Positions 61,027 to 64,000 of a stretch of DNA of 64,000 bases are shown one piece after another. The notes under the pieces were generated by a model, which ran no database searches, was not told the origin of the DNA, and saw nothing but the letters and a program-made list of their open reading frames with translations. The DNA lies in contig CAVZVM010000010.1 of assembly GCA_963778705.1 (NCBI GenBank), forward strand, positions 68,241-132,240, written 5' to 3'. The first letter of the stretch is position 1. Each line of letters begins with the position of its first letter. The position numbers were made by a program, and so were the translations under genes. The stretch is from an uncultured Acidobacteriaceae bacterium (GTDB lineage: Bacteria > Acidobacteriota > Terriglobia > Terriglobales > Acidobacteriaceae).

Positions 61027-61623
61027 TCATCTTGAAACGGCTGAGCGCACAATATCCACAAACGCTTCGTGCACTCGCCGGTCCAGCGAGAGCTCCGGAT
61101 GAAACGTCGCCGCCAGAATGTGTCCTTGTCGCACCAGCGTCGGGAAGCCTTCGCGCGTTGCCAGCACCTCGACATCGTCTCCGACTTGCACAATGCGTGG
61201 TGCGCGGATGAAGACCATCTCCAGCGGACCACCGGGCAGGGAAGTCTCGCCCAGCAAGATACTTGAGTCGATCTGTCGTCCGTAGGCGTTGCGTTCCACC
61301 GTAGCGTCCAGAACGCCGAGAGAACGCTGAGGTGGATGAGTCACCTGACGCGCCAGCAGGATCGTTCCGGCGCAGGTCGCAAAAACCGGCTTGGTGTTGC
61401 AGAAGGCGCGCAGCGTCTCAAAGAAGCCCTGCTTCTCGAGAAACTTCAGAATCGTGGTCGACTCGCCACCCGGAAGAACCAGGCCATGCAGCCCCGTCAA
61501 CTCCTCGGGCTTCCTGATCTCTGCCGGTTCTGCGCCGACCTCTGCAAGTGCTTCAGCGTGAGCTGCGTAGTCTCCCTGAATGGCCAAAACACCAACGCGG
61601 GGGCTTATCCGTGCCTCAGTCAA
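61027..61623 (-). CDS. pdxT: pyridoxal 5'-phosphate synthase glutaminase subunit
   Basis: 198 aa. GVLAIQGDYAAH, the catalytic Cys in ATCAG and FHPEL motifs are present. Confidence 0.95.
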   Translation of the reverse strand: MTEARISPRVGVLAIQGDYAAHAEALAEVGAEPAEIRKPEELTGLHGLVLPGGESTTILKFLEKQGFFETLRAFCNTKPVFATCAGTILLARQVTHPPQRSLGVLDATVERNAYGRQIDSSILLGETSLPGGPLEMVFIRAPRIVQVGDDVEVLATREGFPTLVRQGHILAATFHPELSLDRRVHEAFVDIVRSAVSR

Positions 61624-61762
61624 CCCTTTTCCTCAGTCACGTCGTTTTTACTTTTGCTCTGTTGAGCCGGTGCGACCGCCATCCTCGCACCCGTCCTGCG
61701 TAAGGGTGAAGCGCCACGTGATCATGCGACCGAACAAGGAACAGTTGGCCGCACCGCAGGTG

Positions 61763-62716
61763 CTACCAGCCGCGAGTTTGGAGAAGTTGAGATTCTTCTA
61801 ATCCCGCAGCAGCCAAGCCCTTCATCGTTCCGGTCACCTGCTCGCTCACTTCCGCAAGGATCTTCGGGTCTTGATAGTGCGTCGTAGCAAGGACGATCGC
61901 TTTGGCGCGAGAGACTGCTTCCTCTCGCTCCTTTGGATCGTGCTCGACGTCCAGCGGAGTCGCGCGCTCCTTCATAAAGATGCCCGAGCCTACAAAGATT
62001 GCCTCGGCTCCGAGCTGCATCATCAGGGAAGCATCCGCAGGCGTCGCAATACCGCCTGCCGAGAAGTTGGGCACGGGCAACTTTCCGTTCCGAGCAACCA
62101 TCTGCACGAGTTCATACGGAGCCTGGAGCTCCTTCGCTGCGGCGTAAAGTTCCTGGTCGGAAAGCACGGTCAACGCCTTCATTTCTTTGACGATCTGCCG
62201 CATGTGCTGGACCGCATGAACCACGTCGCCGGTTCCCGCTTCGCCCTTGGTGCGAATCATGGCTGCGCCTTCGGCAATACGACGAAGCGCTTCGCCCAGG
62301 TTGCGCGCACCGCAAACGAAGGGCGTCTTGAAGGAATGCTTATCGATGTGATGGGCCTCGTCGGCCGGCGTCAGAACCTCGCTCTCGTCGATAAAGTCGA
62401 CGCCGAGCTCTTGCAGAATCTGCGCTTCAGCGAAATGGCCGATGCGGGCCTTGGCCATCACCGGAATAGAGACCGTTTCCATGATCTGCTTGATGAGCTT
62501 GGGGTTTGCCATGCGGGCGACGCCGCCCTCAGCTCGGATCATTGCGGGAACGCGCTCGAGGGCCATCACCGATGCAGCTCCCGCTTCCTCAGCGATGCGC
62601 GCCTGCTCAACGTTCATCACGTCCATAATGACGCCACCTTTGAGCATCTCGGCCAAGCCGACTTTCAGGCGCAACCCCGTGTTTCCAAGGCCCCTGTTTC
62701 CATTCATTTCTGCCAT
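61763..62716 (-). CDS. pdxS: pyridoxal 5'-phosphate synthase lyase subunit
   Basis: 317 aa. GGVIMDV, ALERVPA and [11 protein letters not shown] motifs are highly conserved PdxS features. Confidence 0.97.
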   Translation of the reverse strand: MAEMNGNRGLGNTGLRLKVGLAEMLKGGVIMDVMNVEQARIAEEAGAASVMALERVPAMIRAEGGVARMANPKLIKQIMETVSIPVMAKARIGHFAEAQILQELGVDFIDESEVLTPADEAHHIDKHSFKTPFVCGARNLGEALRRIAEGAAMIRTKGEAGTGDVVHAVQHMRQIVKEMKALTVLSDQELYAAAKELQAPYELVQMVARNGKLPVPNFSAGGIATPADASLMMQLGAEAIFVGSGIFMKERATPLDVEHDPKEREEAVSRAKAIVLATTHYQDPKILAEVSEQVTGTMKGLAAAGLEESQLLQTRGW

Positions 62717-62910
62717 ATTCCTTCGACCTCAGCTTGAGACTTCGGGCACCCGAAGGATCGCCACGGCATCCGGCACCCTGATCCATCAGTGTAGCAGTGA
62801 TCGATCTTGTGTTTCACGCCTTCCTCATGTGGCGAACGTGCATCGCACGAATGAGGCCTTTCTAATCTATCTGTCTGAATTCTGGTCATCCTTCTGCATC
62901 ATGCACCGGC

Positions 62911-63267
62911 ATGGCGAGTGCAAGCAGTGCATCGTTACCGGCCCAGTTAACAGATCTTGTGAAGAGCCCGGAGACCATCCAAGCCCCAGAGCCGGAACGA
63001 CTCAATTCTGTTGCGACGCTCGGCCCCGAGCCCTCGGCTGGCCCCAATTCGCGGGTTGCGCGCCTGCCCATCGAACTCGATATCGCCGTTCCAGTTCCCA
63101 ACTTTAAAGTCAGAAATCTGATCGCCCTGGGGAAGGGGCAGGTAGTCGAAAGCCGGTGGGGGCACGGAGATGATCTCCCTCTGGCTGCCGGACAGGTTCA
63201 GTTGGCCTGGTGCGAGTTCGAGGTGATCGAATCGCGCTTGGCTGTTCGCATTACGCGCCTGGCATAG
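62911..63267 (+). CDS. fliN: FliN/SpoA-domain flagellar motor switch protein
   Basis: The C-terminal 80 aa (LPIELDIAVPVPNFKVRNLIALGKGQVVES...RLAVRITRL) match the FliN/SpoA domain. Confidence 0.75.
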   Translation: MASASSASLPAQLTDLVKSPETIQAPEPERLNSVATLGPEPSAGPNSRVARLPIELDIAVPVPNFKVRNLIALGKGQVVESRWGHGDDLPLAAGQVQLAWCEFEVIESRLAVRITRLA

Positions 63268-63294
63268 GGATACCCAAAAAGAAAGTGAGAGCCG

Positions 63295-63585
63295 ATGAAG
63301 CAGACACCCCGATTTGATCTCGGAAACCTGAAGGGAGTCGCCGGTTGGTTGCTGCGCCGCGTCGGTCCTAGATCGCGCTCACAGCCGAGACTGGCCGTTC
63401 TCGAACGGGTGTCGCTGGCGCCGCGGCAGTCTCTGGCGCTCGTTGAAGCCGAGGGACGCAAAGTGCTGGTCGCCGCCTCCTCGGAGGGTCCAGTTGCCTT
63501 CTTCGCATTGGATGGTCCCGATTCGCGAACTGTGGAGGAATGTTCATGTTCCTGCGCGATTGCAGTCCGGGGGTGCGTATGGTAG
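63295..63585 (+). CDS. fliO: flagellar biosynthesis protein FliO-like
   Basis: LAVLERVSLAPRQSLALVEAEGRKVLVAASSEG resembles the FliO C-terminal motif. Positioned between fliN and fliP, overlapping the fliP start. Confidence 0.5.
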   Translation: MKQTPRFDLGNLKGVAGWLLRRVGPRSRSQPRLAVLERVSLAPRQSLALVEAEGRKVLVAASSEGPVAFFALDGPDSRTVEECSCSCAIAVRGCVW

Positions 63586-64000
63586 CCGTCCTGACCGTGG
63601 TGAAGATCGCATCGGCCGTGGGCACCCCCTTGTTGCCCGATCTGAGTGCGCGCCTGCATCCCTCCGATTCGACTCCGTGGACGATTCTCCTCGTCCTCAC
63701 TTTGATTACACTCCTTCCAGCCATTCTGATGTGTATGACGCCGCTGGTGCGGCTTCTGGTGGTCTTTCACTTCCTGCGCCAGGCACTTGGGACACAGACC
63801 GCTCCATCTAACCCTACGCTGCTTGGGCTGTCACTCATGATGACCTGGTTCCTGATGACGCCTGTGCTGAATCAGGTGGACCAGCGTGCCGTGGAGCCCT
63901 ACCGCCAAGGACAGATCGACGGATGGCAGGCGCTCGACGAGGGTTCGCGACCGGTCAAGCAGTTCCTCCTGCGTTACGCGCGAGAGAAAGACCTGGCCGT
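63546..64000 (+). CDS. fliP: flagellar type III secretion system pore protein FliP, 3'-partial
   Basis: Not in the ORF track because no stop occurs before the window end. GGAGGA RBS, then ATG at 63540 or 63546. The translation contains LPAILMCMTPLVRLLVVFHFLRQALGTQTAPSNPTLLGLSLMMTWFLMTPV, the FliP signature. Confidence 0.85.
   Translation, partial: MFLRDCSPGVRMVAVLTVVKIASAVGTPLLPDLSARLHPSDSTPWTILLVLTLITLLPAILMCMTPLVRLLVVFHFLRQALGTQTAPSNPTLLGLSLMMTWFLMTPVLNQVDQRAVEPYRQGQIDGWQALDEGSRPVKQFLLRYAREKDLA

Noticed and set aside
1-64000. tRNA, rRNA, tmRNA or riboswitch candidates in intergenic regions (2071-2247, 4902-5442, 46373-46613, 53400-53747, 56842-57266, 61624-61762, 62717-62910)
   Set aside because: I recognised no cloverleaf-compatible T-loop or anticodon arms, no rRNA signatures and no riboswitch cores by eye. 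I could not run covariance-model searches, so absence is not proven.

Overview
High-GC (about 60% by eye) chromosomal segment. The gene content points to an Acidobacteriota (Terriglobia/Acidobacteriaceae-like) genome: an ADOP-type duplicated permease and GHP.../STPLRSAQDDN-type intergenic repeat ORFs. This taxonomic call is inference only.

Layout:
- 1-8.8 kb: ADOP permease, three secreted proteins including a TPR protein, and uvrA.
- 8.8-21 kb: large sugar-acid catabolic supercluster. It holds an aldehyde dehydrogenase, an FAH hydrolase, SDRs, an orphan solute-binding-like protein, eda, kdgK, enolase-type manD, a hexuronate-type MFS, a Gfo/Idh/MocA oxidoreductase and a TIM-barrel isomerase.
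- 21-25.9 kb: Lrp regulator, hutH, an FAH protein, a dienelactone hydrolase and a sugar permease.
- 26-29.8 kb: etfAB plus a membrane Fe-S (CCG) oxidoreductase.
- 30.3-32.7 kb: TviB/TviC-like UDP-sugar pair.
- 32.8-46.4 kb: nuo operon in the order A-C-D-X-E-F-G-H-J-K-L-M-N. No nuoB or nuoI is present, and there is one extra ORF (X).
- 46.6-49.3 kb: ECF sigma factor, NrsF-like anti-sigma factor and a secreted protein.
- 49.3-53.4 kb: anSME, a Tat Cys-type sulfatase and a GH5 hydrolase.
- 53.4-60.15 kb: accessory island (see below).
- 60.2-64 kb: cox3-like gene, pdxT, pdxS and fliN-fliO-fliP (3' partial).

The accessory island contains dispersed hairpin repeats, a single-chain Type IIG-like nuclease-methyltransferase with a compositionally foreign central cassette, and a decayed IS1595-family transposase. 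It also carries a low-GC operon coupled by 4-nt overlaps: DUF3800, a 61-aa basic protein, a 2TM protein and a zinc-ribbon protein. That operon is my best candidate for an undescribed defence/abortive-infection-type system.

Thirteen conserved genes are broken by single frameshifts. By coordinate arithmetic all thirteen are +1 (one extra nucleotide), which suggests a systematic sequencing or assembly artefact rather than real decay.

I recognised no rRNA, tRNA or CRISPR array.
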